This document shows, piece after piece, positions 35,497 through 49,950 of a stretch of 64,000 bases of DNA. Source of the DNA: the human T2T-CHM13v2.0 reference genome, Homo sapiens; the NCBI RefSeq assembly GCF_009914755.1, contig NC_060943.1. One strand, written 5' to 3'. A program made the translations under genes and the position numbers. Within the stretch, counting starts at the first letter, position 1; the number at the start of each line of letters is the position of its first letter. Below the pieces are notes generated by a model, which did not search any database, was not told where the DNA came from, and saw only the letters and a list, made by a program, of their open reading frames with translations.

Positions 35497-36410
35497 GTGT
35501 AAGCTTAACTGCCTCATATCAGAGGCAGGACTTGGTCACCATGACAGTTTCCAATACTGTACCCGGTCAAAAAGGCTCCAGTTGGTGGCCAGAGATAAAA
35601 TCTTAGAGGCATCTCTCCTGGGCTCCCCTCCCTCCAGCTGCTTCCTTTAAACTGATCATTCTGACATTTGTCCTCAAATTTAAAGTGACCACCTCTCAGT
35701 CACAGTATGATCTCCTTGACCCAGTGTTCACTTGTTTTAAACCTGTCCATTAAAGCTCCCTGTTGTAAACCTGTCGGATAACTCTGTGGACCCAGTAAAG
35801 CCACTGGCTTACAGGACTCTTCTCTCCTCCCTCCCTGGGCTCCCTGACCTCTGTGTCTGTGGTCTCCAGGTGTGCTGTGTGCTCCCCCATGTCTGTAAGT
35901 AGTAAAACTCTTACACTTTATTTTATTATTATTATTTCTAATTTTTTGAGACAGAGTCTCTTTCTGTCACCCAGGCTGGAATGCAGCGGTACAATCTCTG
36001 CTCATGGCAACCTCTGCCTCCTGGGTTCATTTTTGCCTCAGCCTCGCGAGTAGCTGGGATTACAGGCTTGTGCCACCATGTCTGGCTAATTTTTTGTATT
36101 TTTAGTGGAGATGGAGTTTCATTGTGGTGGCCAGGCGGGTTTCAAACTACTGACCTCAGGTAATCCACCTGCCTCTTAAAGTGTTGGGATTACAGACATG
36201 AGCCAGTACACCTGTCCAGAACTCTTACACTTTTACATTGTGGTTGTGTCACTCACTGAAGCCTCACCTGCCATCTGGGGCCTGACATCGAGGCTGACCC
36301 AAGGGACCCATGCAGGTTGAGCCCCTGCTGGAGTGCTTTTCTTGAGGCCTTGGTGCTGCTGGGGACAGGAGCTGCCAGCTAATTTGATAGAGAACCTGAA
36401 GAGTTTCACT
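35497..36410 (+). mobile_element. Old ERVL-type LTR (MER74-like) interrupted by an Alu
   Basis: tgtaagc...cagaggcaggacttggtcacc...ggtggccagagataa...agtaaaactctt; family assignment tentative. Confidence 0.4.
35920..36217 (-). mobile_element. AluS-like
   Basis: Antisense dimer; flanking aactcttacactt repeated. Confidence 0.85.
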
Positions 36411-36429
36411 CAAAACCCTGGGCTAGATG

Positions 36430-36818
36430 ATGTATTTCTGGGCTTGGGCTGCTATAACAAACACCATAGCCTGGGTGACTTAAACAATAGAGATCTATTT
36501 CTCATCGTTATGGAGGCTGGGAAATCCAAGGTCAAGGAGACAGGTGACTCAGCCCTGGTGAGGGCTTCCTTGCAGATGCCTACTTTCTTTGTGTATCTGC
36601 ACATGGTGCGGGTTTTTGAAGGGGTGGAGAGACAGAGCGAGGGAGAAGGAGAGATGCCATTCTCTTGTATTTTCCTTTTATTATAAGGGGATTAATTCCA
36701 TCATGAAGCCCCCAGCTTTATGACCTAGTCATTCTCTAATTACCTCCTAAAGACCCCACCTCCAAATTCCATTTCATTAAGGATGAGAGTTTCAACAATT
36801 TTGTGGGGGACACATTAA
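36430..36818 (-). mobile_element. MLT1A/B-like MaLR LTR
   Basis: gggctgctataacaaacaccatagcctgggtgacttaaacaa...ggaggctgggaaatccaaggtcaagg...ttgtgggggacaca. Confidence 0.7.
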
Positions 36819-37101
36819 GTTTCTTTTTTCTTTTTTTTGAGATGGAGCCTCACTCTGTCATCCAGGCTAAAGTACAGCGGCATGATCTTGGCTCACTGCC
36901 ACCTCTGTCTCCCAGGTTCAAGTGATTCTCCTCCCTCAGCATCCCCAGTAGCTAGGATTACAGGCATGCACTACCACGCCTTGGCTAATTTTTGTATTTT
37001 TAGTAGAGATGGGGTCTCCCCATGTTGGCCAGGTTGGTCTCAAACTTCTGACCTCAAATGAGCCACTTGCCTTGGTCTCCCAAAGTGCTGGGATTACAGG
37101 C
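36819..37101 (-). mobile_element. AluS-like
   Basis: Antisense dimer at the end of the MLT1 element. Confidence 0.87.
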
Positions 37102-38029
37102 TGACTTATTCAGTTTCTAGCAGGGGAGGTGAGAGCTGCTTTCCCTCCTGTTCATGGGACCTGGCCTTTTCTGCTGAGATGGCTTCACACTCATAATCTC
37201 ACCCTAGGCTGCAGACCCACAGAGCCTGTGTCCTCGACTCCTCTCCTGCCCATTCCTGGGTATTCCTTCCTGCACCACGTTCTCCGTGTGGCCCCACCTG
37301 CTCTCGTTCCAGGGAGCTGCCCCTGGGTTGCTGCCCCTCTCACCATCTTTGGGCTCACTGGCCTCTGCCATTTCTTCTGAGCCCTGAACACTGATCCCTG
37401 GCAGGGAGGAAGTGTGAAGCTGGAATGGGTGCTGTCCAAGGTGCTGCTCTCTGTGGACAGTTTGACAGTGAGGGAACCTGATGTGTCACCCCAGAGGAGG
37501 CCCAAAAGCTGTTTCTCAGGGGTGCCTGGATTGTAGTGGGGTGGGTACATTAGAGTGGGCTGGACCATGGACTGCAGGGAACCTGTTCTGTGTCAGCGAC
37601 CAGCTCCTCAAGCTCCATGTTATTCTCTGTAACTGACTGCCTTGTGTGCTCCCTGAGCCCAAGATAGATTCCTTCCCACAATGTCCAGAGAGTCAGAGCT
37701 GTGTTTGGAGACCTAATGGGGGGTCTTGTGTGCTTACACAGAGTGTCCAGAGAACAGGCTTCATGACCTCCCCTGCCCCACCCCCACATCAAGGTCTGGA
37801 TAGTGGGCCAGGTCAGATAAAGTCAGAATCCATGGGGAGGGTGTTGTCCTGGCAGTGCTGAGGTCTGTGCCCCCAGCTTAATTCTCAGTCTCTTTGCAAA
37901 TACATTTAAGTTGTGCATCTGCAGTTGGCTGGGCAGCCTCATGTCTCCAAATTCTTGGATCTCCCTCTGGATAAAGTCATGAAGGGTTTGCATATAAGTA
38001 TATGAGGGCTATCTGATCAGGGTGGGTTT

Positions 38030-39790
<1,761 letters not shown>

Positions 39791-41379
39791 TACTTTTTTT
39801 TTTTTTTTTGAAAAACAACTAGGTCAATGGTTCACAATTGGGGAAGGCTTTTCTCTTTCCTCCTGGAGGGAATTTGGCTGTCTAGAGACCTTTTTAGGAA
39901 CCTAATCTAAATAGATAAATTATCCCCACTTCCCTTGCTGAGGTGTTGTGTTAAAGTGTGCATTGCCTCCTGTGGAAAAATTGAGAGATCCTGGAAGCAC
40001 TTGGCCATGTGGTGAGGGACAGCAAGTTCCATGATGATGGGCAGAGACGACATCGTTTGGAACACAGTGTTGTTGGAGGAGCTGTATGCATCTCTACTTC
40101 TTTATTTCTCTGTACAACCCACATCTCCACCAGACACAGTAGATATTAAAATCATTGTTTATCCTCTGGTGCACGGATCTTGGCTGACCTGTCAGCAGGA
40201 GCTAGAAGTGATACCTGGCAAGGCAGGGGAGGAGCAGGGCTCAGCAGGGTGAAAGCAGCTGGGACCCAGAGAAGCCAGAAAGGTCTGACTCTTAGAAACT
40301 AGGGGCCAGGAAGTGGGTGTCCTCAGGGGCAAATGGATCACAGTGGTACCCATTGCAGTGGACTGGAAGAAGGTAAGAGACACTGGGTATCCTATGTCCT
40401 CTCTTAGCTCCCTAACTGAAGATTTGGGGCCTGGGCTGGTTGTGTCCTGTAGCAGGCAGCGGGTAGACAGGGATGGCTGCATATCAGGCCACAGTCTATG
40501 TCATCTTGTCAGGCATTGTCACTGCAGATGGAGAATTCTGTTCAGATGCCTGGCCTGGGCACATGTAAGGGACCACCTTATTCTTTTAAAATTATTTTAA
40601 GAAAACAATATCAGCAAATGTGATCAATGTTTATTTTTCTAGAATCATTATTAATGTCATGTTTTACAACATGTCTCTTAGGGAAATGGTGAGAACCGTG
40701 AACACAATGTGTGTTTTAAGTGGACTCTCCTATAATTTCAACTTTTATACATTCTTATAGAAACTATTTTCTCTGTGAACACAAAGGTAATATCCCTGTG
40801 TTCATTTCTACTTGGAACTCTATTCAGGGTGGAGCGAGTTACATTTCCCCATAAAAGATGGAAAGCATTTGACTACCAGAAAAAGTGTCTAAAAGCTGCT
40901 GGTAATGATTATAGGGCTGCAGGTGGAGGTCAGTTCAAGAGAGGTGAGGGAAACTAATGTTGAGTACTTTTTCTCAAAATAATGTGCAGAAGGAACAACC
41001 TTGGCCCACCTCATGTTGGGATGAATGAGGGACAGAAATAGAGGTCAGTAATTTAAAGATCAAATTCAAGAGTGGGCAACAGGTTTGAGATTGGAATGGG
41101 TGTGAGAGGTGGACGGATGAATGGTGAAGATGTTCAAAACACCTTCCTACCCCATATTGAGCCCCTGAGGTTGAGACAGTGTCCAGAGCAGGGGCAGCAG
41201 AATGCTGTGAGCTCACAGGGCTGGCATGAGACTTTAGCACAGTCTAGCTACTACGTCTATTTTGGGATGGATTCATATTTAAGGAATAATCTAACAGTAT
41301 ACAATTTTGAAAATATATAGAAATTCCTTTGCTATGAATTTCTTCTTCATAAGATATTTCTTCTTAATGAGAGAATTGA

Positions 41380-41655
41380 TTTTTTTTTGAGATGGAGTCG
41401 CAATCTGTCACCCAGGCTGGAGTACAGTGGCATGATCTCGACTCATTGTAACCTCCACCTCCTGAGTTCAAGCGATTCTCCTGCCTCAGCCTCCTGAGTA
41501 GCTGGGATTATAGGCATACACCACCAAGCCAGGCTAATTTTTGTATTTTTAGTAAAGACAGGGTTTCACCATGGTGATCAGGCTGATCTCGAACTTCTGA
41601 CCTCGTGATCCGCCTGCCTTGGCCTCTCAAAGTGCTGGGATTACAGGCATGAGTG
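41380..41655 (-). mobile_element. AluS-like
   Basis: Antisense dimer. Confidence 0.88.
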
Positions 41656-41905
41656 AGGTGGACTGTAGACCCTTTCGATTTGTGGTTACAGACCCTTGGA
41701 AAAGCCTCACGCTTCCTGCTGTGAGGTACAGGTAGTCATGTGGCATCACCTCTAAACGTGTCTTCTCCTGAGACATCAAGTTTCTGATTAAGTCAAAATC
41801 ATTTCAACAGATATTGAAGATGTCAGTTTTACTCTCACACTCACAATTCTTCTACCAAGAGATGAAAGATTTTACTGGTGACTTGTTTGTAGATATTAAG
41901 ATAGA

Positions 41906-42082
41906 TCAGTGATTTGGACGGGAAATTTTGCCCTCCAGGGGGCATCTGGCAATGTCCGGAGACATTGTTGGTTGTCAGAGCTGGGGGAGAGCCCACAAAT
42001 GGTGCTGAACATCCTAGAGCTCACAGACAGCCCCACCAGCATGACCACCCCAAATGTCATTGCTGAGGAGTGGAGAGCCCTG
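41906..42082 (+). mobile_element. MER20-like DNA transposon carrying a CTCF-like motif
   Basis: cagtg...attttgccctccagggggcatctggcaatgtccggagacattgttggttgtca...ccccaaatgtca. Confidence 0.65.
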
Positions 42083-42266
42083 CGGTGCCCTTCCTCAGCT
42101 TCCCTGGGGCTTCCTCTCACCTGCTTCTCCCATCTCTCCCGACCACTCCTTCACCTCAGTTCCATCGTTGCCCAACAGTCCTCTCCACCTGAACTTGCTC
42201 TTAGTCCAAGGCCAGCCCTGATCTCTCAACTCTCCTGGCTTCCTTTTGCTCCTTAGCAGGAGGTGC

Positions 42267-42280
42267 CCACTAGAGGGCGC
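42267..42280 (+). promoter_or_regulatory. CTCF core motif (forward)
   Basis: CCACTAGAGGGCGC fits the CCASYAGRKGGCRS consensus; binding itself is not shown. Confidence 0.6.
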
Positions 42281-42799
42281 ACTCGCCCTTCCCGGCACTC
42301 AGGCTCTACCTTTCCTTTCTAAGACAAGCGTGGCTGGCACAATCCCAGCCCTCAACAGTCTTTAGGTTTGCTCACGGGGCAGCTCTTGGACAGGCATCAG
42401 GAACCCCAGGGAGGAGCCTGACTCTGGAGATTTTTGTGCATGGACTGGGGACCCGGAGCCACCCCAGGGCCCAAGTCACTGGGGAGGGGCTGGGTCCGTG
42501 CACGGGGCCGCACACTCAGGGTCCAGACACTCCTGCCCTGTGTGGGTGCTGGGGACATGGCCATGCGCCTGTGTCCCTAAAGCCTCTGTCACTCAGGATT
42601 TGTGCCTGAGGACCTTGGCTGGGCTGCTGTGTAAACTTCCAGATGGAGCCTTTCCCAGTGGGGCACGAGTCCTCCCAGAGATTTCAAGGAGGGCCTTCAC
42701 CAGGAAGAATCAGGAGGAATGTGACAGCCACCAGGGTGTAGTTTCCCTCCAGGGCCTGAAAAGAGGCACCTCTCTTCATCATTTGCCCAGAGTATTTGT

Positions 42800-44150
42800 A
42801 CTGTCTCCATCATGATGGAATGATGCCATTTTGCTTCTGTTCTGCTAATAATAATTTTGTTTCTAGCTAATCTGTTGATGTAGTAAAAACAATTGTTAAC
42901 GTTGCTATGTTAAAGTGTGGCATTTTAACATGATGTTAAAACACTATGTTAAACCTTGCATTTCTGGGGAAGCAACTCAAGGTGGTAAATTCTGACTCAT
43001 TTTGGTCGTACTTCATTTGTGGATTTTCCGTCTTTGTTTCTGAGTAGGGCCTGCAATTTTACTTTTTCATTGTTTCCTGGTTGGCCTTTGATAAGAAGGT
43101 TCTACTTCCACAAAAATGAGTTAATGAGTATTGTTTATTTTCTTTTTCTCTGGAAGTGTTGTGTAAGGTTGATAGGAGCTGGTCTTTGATTGTTTTGTAG
43201 ATTTTAAAAATTTAAACTGAAGAGATTTTATACTTCTTGTTTGGTGAAGTAACATGGACATAGCATAATGTCTGCATGTTTGTGTGTGCCAATGACAGCC
43301 CTGTCCAGATCAAGACAGAGCACATTGTCTGCACCAAGCGACACTCCTGCGCCCCTCCCAGCCACTGCAAGCACCAGGTCACTGTCATTCTGATCTCTAT
43401 CACCAGAGATGAGTTTTGCCTCTTGGGAACTTTATAGCTGTAGAATCAGGCTTCATTTTCCCTTCTGCATTGGCTCCTTTCTTGCAACTAGTTGTGTGAG
43501 ATCATGCATGTTTTATGTAGCAGGAATCCATTTATTTTCATGTTGTAAATTATCCATTAGTTTGAATACACCACAGTTTTATCCCCTGTATTGTTGCACA
43601 TTTGGACTGCGACACTATTTGGGTCTTCTGAATCATGCTGATGTGGACGTTTCTACACACATATTTTGGTGGCCTTACTCATTTCCTTGGGTGTAGAGAC
43701 CATTGCATATGCTGGAACTTCTAAGATTGTAGATTTTCCTGTTAGAGAGTTGATCACATCTAAATTCCCACCAGCAACATCTCCGTGTCCAGTTGTTCCA
43801 ACTCTTGTTATTGGCAGTCGATTGAATTTTAGCCTTTCTTATGTTGTTGGGATGAGATTTCATAATGGTTTTAATATGCCTTTCCTAAATAAACAACAGT
43901 GTAAATGCATCTTTTCATGTCGTCATGGGCCATTACACATGTTCTACCATCTGGTGCCTCTTAGAGTTTTCTGCCATTTAAAAACATTGTGTTGTCAGTC
44001 TTTCTCTTATTGTTATTTTGTTATGTACCTTGGGTGTGGCTTCTTTGTCATTTAGATAGATACACATGTCTGTATACGTCTTGTGTATGTAGGAGAGAGG
44101 GAAAATTGGGAGCCTTTTGAAGAACAGACATTCTCAATGTCAATGAATTT
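42800..44150 (-). mobile_element. Highly decayed L1M fragments
   Basis: T-rich antisense L1 motifs (ccactgtcattctgatctctatcacc...ttcccaccagcaa). Confidence 0.45.
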
Positions 44151-44328
44151 TATCTGTTGTTAAAAGATTGTCATGTCATGTGAATTAGAGATGTAGATTT
44201 ATCTTTTTTTCTCTGTAGAGATATTCATGGTCATCTCAAATCATCTGCTTTTTGTGAGTATGCACACGTGTGCATATGTTTGCATGTGTGCAAATATTGT
44301 AATTATTAAGTAAGATTTTAAGATGGGT

Positions 44329-44495
44329 GGCTGGGCATTGTGGCTCATCCCTGTAATCCCAGCACTTTGGGAGGCTGAGGCAGGATTTGAGCCTAGGTGG
44401 TGCAGACCAGCCTGGGCAACATGATGAATCCCTGTCTCTATTAAAAATATAAAAAATTAGCCAGGCATGATGGCATGCCCCTGTAGTCCCACCCA
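44329..44495 (+). mobile_element. Partial Alu (left arm and start of right arm)
   Basis: ggctgggcattgtggctcatccctgtaatcccagcactttgggaggctgagg. Confidence 0.8.
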
Positions 44496-44896
44496 GCTTT
44501 GCTCACTTCTTATAAGGAAGATGAGTTTCCTGTTCCTGTGACAATGGAGAACAGCCTTCAGCTTGGTTTCCTCTCAGCTAAGGAGCTGGTTTGGGGTTTT
44601 GTTTTAGAATTTGGTAGTTGTAGGTTAAGGGTTAAGGTTTCTTGATACTTGGCTCTAACCTCTCCTTATGCCTAGAGTGTTCAACAGTATGTAATTTGTG
44701 CAATTGCTTTTTGTGATTTTGGTTTTTATCATTCTTCTTTTGGATTTAACCAACCCTTCACCGTGTCTAGAGTTTAAAACACCTTCCAAGTTGGTCAAAT
44801 CCAACAGGAGCTCCACATTATGATGAACCAGGCCTCTAAAATGGAAAAACCCCAACTGCATAACATCAAATTTTAGCTCTAGAAACACCTGCTGGT

Positions 44897-46920
44897 TGAA
44901 GGAAATAAAAATATTTTAACCCAAAGTATAGTAGTATAGTTCCTTGACAAATTTTGAGGTGGCTGATAGAGGGTCAGCAAACAGAAGTGGCCCTGCAGAG
45001 CTGTCTCTCATGGGAAAATTTACATCTGTAGAGAATCTTTATTAATGCAGGCAGGTCTTCCTTTATCTGGATCTGGGAAAATTCTTTTTTTTTTTTTTTT
45101 ATTGATCATTCTTGGGTGTTTCTCGCAGAGGGGGATTTGGCAGGGTCATAGGACAATAGTGGAGGGAAGGTCAGCAGATAAACAAGTGAACAAAGGTCTC
45201 TGGTTTTCCTAGGCAGAGGACCCTGCAGCCTTCCGCAGTGTTTGTGTCCCTGGGTACTTGAGATTAGGGAGTGGTGATGATTCTTAACGAGCAAGCCGCC
45301 TTCAAGCATCTGTTTAACAAAGCACATCTTGCACCGCCCTTAATCCATTTAACCCTGAGTGGACACAGCACATGTTTCAGAGAGCACAGGGTTGGGGGTA
45401 AGGTTACCGATCAACAGGATCCCAAGGCAGAAGAATTTTTCTTAGTACAGAACAAAATGAAAAGTCTCCCATGTCTACTTCTTTCTACACAGACACGGCA
45501 ACCATCCGATTTCTCAATCTTTTCCCCACCTTTCCCCCCTTTCTATTCCACAAAACCGCCATTGTCATCCCGGCCCGTTCTCAATGAGCTGTTGGGTACA
45601 CCTCCCAGACGGGGTGGCTGGCCGGGCAGAGGGGCCCCTCACTTCCCAGTAGGGGCGGCCGGGCAGAGGCGCCCCTCACCTCCCGGATGGGGCGGCTGGC
45701 CGGGCGGGGGGCTGACCCCCCTCACCTCCCTCCCGGACGGGGCGGCTGGCCGGGCGGGGGGCTGACCCCCCACCTCCCTCCCGGACGGGGTGGCTGGCCG
45801 GGCGGGGGGCTGACCCCCCCACCTCCCTCCTGGACGGGGCGGCTGGCCGGGCGGGGGGCTGACCCCCCCACCTCCCTCCCAGATGGGGTGGCTGGCCTGG
45901 CGGGGGCTGACCCCCACCTCCCTCCCGGATGGGGTGGCTGCCGGGCGGAGATGCTCCTCACTTCCCAGACGGGGCGGCTGCTGGGCGGAGGGGCTCCTCA
46001 CTTCTCAGACGGGGTGGCCGGGCAGAGATGCTCCTCACGTCCCAGACGGGGTCGCGGTGGGGCAGAGGCGCTCCTCACATCCCAGACGGGGTGGCGGGGC
46101 AGAGGTGCTCCCCACATCTCAGATGATGGGCGGCCAGGCAGAGGCGCTCCTCACTTCCTAGATGGGATGGCGGCCGGGCAGAGACGCTCCTCACTTTCCA
46201 GACTGGGCAGCCAGGCAGAGGGGCTCCTCACGTCCCAGACGATGGGCGGCTGGGCAGAGACGCTCTTCACTTCCCAGACGGGGTGGCGGCCGGGCAGAGG
46301 CTGCATTCTCGGCACTTTGGGAGGCCAAGGCAGGCGGCTGGGAGGTGGAGGTTGTAGCGAGCCGCGATCACGCCACTGCACTCCAGCCTGGGCACCATTG
46401 AGCACTGAGTGAACCAGACTCCTTCTGCAATCCCGGCACCTCGGGAGGCCGAGGCTGGCGGATCACTCGCGGTTAGGAGCTGGAGACCAGCCCGGCCAAC
46501 ACAGCGAAACCCCGTCTCCACCAAAAAAGTACGAAAACCAGTCAGGCCTGGCGGTGCGTGCCTGTAATCGCAGGCACTCGGCAGGCTGAGGCAGGAGAAT
46601 CAGGCAGGGAGGTTGCAGTGAGCCGAGATGGCAGCAGTACAGTCCAGCTTCGGCTGGGCATCAGAGGGAGACCGTGGAAAGAGAGGGAGAGGGAGACCAT
46701 GGGGAGAGGGAGAGGGAGAGGGAGAGGCCAACTGAATCTTCTAACTTATATATCAAAAAGAAATATTTACCATCCATTCTCTAGGAGGGCTGCCACCTAC
46801 AAGGTTTCATTTACATAACAAGACCAGCTTTGCTAGAAAAAAACAGTTTTTCTTTCATCTATAACTTGTCTTGCCACTGAAACCTGATTTACCATCATAA
46901 CCTGTTTTTGGCCATGCAGG
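44897..46920 (+). mobile_element. MER4-group (MER39-like) LTR fragment interrupted by the SVA
   Basis: Starts TGAAGGAAATAAAAATATTTTAACCCAAA...CCCTGCAGAGCTGTC...CATCTGTAGAGAATC and resumes after the SVA with aactga...atttaccatccattctct...acataacaagacc. Confidence 0.6.
45085..46727 (-). mobile_element. Full-length SVA retrotransposon (SVA_D-like)
   Basis: On the plus strand: poly-T, SINE-R (ttattgatcattcttgggtgtttctcgcagagggg...), GC-rich VNTR about 45600-46300, Alu-like domain, and (GGGAGA)n hexamer tract 46680-46727. Confidence 0.95.
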
Positions 46921-47165
46921 AATGCAAGAAAATAATCAGCCAGCAAAACAGTAAGAATTTATTACACTCAAGGCTGCTGGCTTCTGTCCGTGCAATCTTT
47001 TTAATCAGATGGTAAAAATCAGCGTTTCTTCCACTACATTTTGATTAATGGGAATGGAAGATTTGTTTATGACTAGTCTTCATGTAGTGACTCTGGTATA
47101 CTTTTTAGTAATTTTTGGGTGTGAATATTCATATTGTTTAATCCCTTTTTTCCCAGAGGTAGTCT

Positions 47166-47931
47166 TGCTAACTAAGCTCTGATCTTTTTATCTTGCCCAA
47201 ATTCCTATCTAAGTGGTCTGGGAAGTCATACCCTACAAACCATAAATTCTCAGCAGATGGGTTTCATTTAACCCTAAATATCATGACTTACTTTCCAGTC
47301 TGACTCTGGCATAACATTATGTGACAAAGAAGATCAAAATATTTTACCCCAAAACATGTTTCTTTGCCATGTTTTGAAATGGTCCTGCAAAGCTGTCCTT
47401 TGTGGAGGAAAATGTGCATCTGTAAAGAATCTCTGTTAACATAGCTAGGTCTTCTTCTTCCAGGCCCTCCCAATCCTGAAGAAATTCGGTAAGAGCCTAC
47501 CACCTTTTTGAAGGTCTGAATAGGAAACATTTGTCATCTGCTGTCTCTAAGGGCAGCCACTATAAGACTTCAAAAGAACCTTGGTCTCCACAATTTTTTA
47601 TCTCAACCTGAACATTTCCTTTCTATTGATCCAAGGTATTTAGACAAACTCAACCAACTGTCCATCAGAAAATGTTTAAATTTACTTGTAGCCTGGAAGT
47701 CCCCACTTTGAATTGTCCCACCTTTCTGAACCAAACCAATATATTTCTTAAATGTATTTGATTGATGTCTCATGCCTCCCTAAAATGTATAGAACCAAGC
47801 CGCACCCCGACCACCTTGGGCACAGGTTCTCAGGACCTACTGAGGGCTGGGTCACGGGCCATGGTCACTCATATTTGGCTCAGACTAAATCTCCTCAAAT
47901 ACTTTACAGAGTTTGGCTCTTTTCGTCGACA
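47166..47931 (+). mobile_element. Solo LTR, MER4E-like, with 4-bp TSD GTCT
   Basis: TG...CA termini (ends ttttcgtcgaca); GTCT at 47162-47165 and 47932-47935; internal sequence matches the recalled MER4E consensus. Confidence 0.8.
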
Positions 47932-48970
47932 GTCTTTTCCTTCATCTCTTTTCTTCTGTGTTGTTCATGAAGTGGGGTACTGGATAAAGTTTCCTTGTCA
48001 TATTCCTTGTCTCATCTTGTCATATGCCCTTGAGGGCTTGATTTGTGACCAAGTGGGAGCACTCATTCTTGGTCTCCATTATCAGCAGTGTGTGATTTTT
48101 GAGTCACATTAGGTGACCAGCCTTAAAATGGTTGGGAACCCGAGATTTTTTGTTTTGTTTTGTTTGTTCCAAATGTGTCAAGCTCCCAGGAGGGCTTGTC
48201 ATAAGAAGTCCCATCCATAAGGGGCTTTTGTCATTCCAACTTCTGTTGTCTGGATAGGGCTGTGGCAACAAGAGTCTTTTGCTATCCTAGCCTATTGCTG
48301 GGAGTGAATATTTTATTTTGTTGGGGTTGGGGGAAAGACCTCTACAATTGCTTCTTCATTGAAGAGGGCTATTGACTTGAGGGCTATTTAGAATCAATAT
48401 ACCACTGGAAATTCTAATTGTCTATGGCCAGAAGATGGATTCCTGAAATCAGACTCCTATGTTAAAAGTATTTTAGAGATCTCTTATTCTAAACAGTTGG
48501 TAGGAGGATCAAATTTCAAAGAAAGACACGTAATCGTGTTCTGGCTAGCCTTAAAAATTCTCTTGACTAAATTTCAGAGCAAAAATCTGACCTAAAACAA
48601 AGTTAAATTTTTTTGTAAGCTCAAACTGCTTGCTTTAGATCCCCTGAGGGAGTAAGAATAAAAGCCACTCCAATATTCCATTTCATGGAATAGTTAAAAT
48701 TCCATGCTTTCACTCCTGACCTGGATTTTGTTTCAAGTCAAGGAACCAGCCTCTTTTGTTTTGATATTTATGTGATTTTTGACTTTTTAAGGTACTCATT
48801 TACCTCTTTGGAGATGCCTCATACATCCTTGGCTAAGTCTTGGCTAAGTCGTAATCTTGATTAAGGCTTATTAGTTTCAGATGGGAGGATACTTTTGGTA
48901 AAAAAGTTTCAAAAACCAGAAGTTTCACCTGTTTGTCCTAGCTAAAATCTGATAGTAAGAAATCTGAAAG

Positions 48971-49714
48971 TGTTACATGTATTTAGTCAGACATGAGCAG
49001 GGCAGGAGAGAGCCTCCCGTCCCCCGCATCAGGACTATCAGGTGACTATTAGGTGATGGTCAGGCAGTTGTTAACTGTCTTTCTAAAATAATAATTGGCC
49101 ACAGCCAGTGCCAGAAAAAGGCAGTCTCCCAATACATAGGAAACACCTGAAACTGGTGATTAGCAGCTTCCCGATAAGTTCTCAGAAGTTGGGTGAGTGG
49201 GCTCAAGCATGTGCATTAAGAGGCAAAATTGCAGAGTTTAATTGGTATATGACCTTCCAGGGACCTTTGACTGGTAAGGGAAGAAAGCCTCAAGTGATCA
49301 TGCGCACAGCTCCAGTAAACACACTGCACATGCTCCTCTCCGAAGTGCTGGCAGGCCACTGTGCGTGCCGACAGCCCACTCCAAGGAAAGAATCAGGGGA
49401 GGAGAGATGCAGACCCCAGAATTAGTCCAACATACAAAAGCCTAAGTCAAATGTCAAACCTCATACTTGATCTCTTGTCACCTGCTTAGCCCTCTTTTAA
49501 GCGTACTTTACTTCCTTTAATTTCTGCTCTAAACCTTTTTAATAAAACTTCACTCCTGCTATAAAAGTTGCCTCAGTCTCTGCTTCTGCCTTATGCCCCT
49601 TAGTCAAATTCTTTCTTCTGAAGAGGCAAGAATTGAGGTTGCTATAGGCTTGTACAGATTTGCTGCTGCTAATATTCTTTGGTGCCATGACTCAGCTACA
49701 TTTGGCTGCTAAGC
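48971..49714 (+). mobile_element. MER50 LTR plus tRNA-His-type primer binding site, flanked by AAAG
   Basis: TGTTA...gacatgagcagggcaggagag...ctgaaactggtga...gaggcaagaattgaggttgct; PBS-like TGGTGCCATGACTCAG at 49680; AAAG at 48967-48970 and 49715-49718. Confidence 0.78.
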
Positions 49715-49820
49715 AAAGAATTTTTAAAAAGAGCTCTATTGTTAAAAGTCAGCTTAATTAAAAGCTGATTTTCAAGCCATATATTTATTTTATATTAAAT
49801 ATATATCTTCATATAGAATA

Positions 49821-49950
49821 TATATTCCTATAGAATATATATAGGATATGTAGATATTCCTATAGAATGTATGTATAGGATATATAGATATTCCTATAGA
49901 ATGTATGTATAGGATATAGATATTCCTATAGAATATATAGGATATATATA
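49821..49950. repeat. AT-rich minisatellite, 4 units of about 30-34 bp
   Basis: Unit approximately atattcctatagaatgtatgtataggatatatag. Confidence 0.85.

Noticed and set aside
45106-46818. Cluster of ORFs up to 241 aa (45687-46412 and others)
   Set aside because: All lie in the SVA SINE-R, VNTR or Alu-like domains; GC-rich repeats give long stop-free frames.
49680-49697. tRNA-like sequence
   Set aside because: Only an 18-nt retroviral primer binding site; no cloverleaf or tRNA gene.
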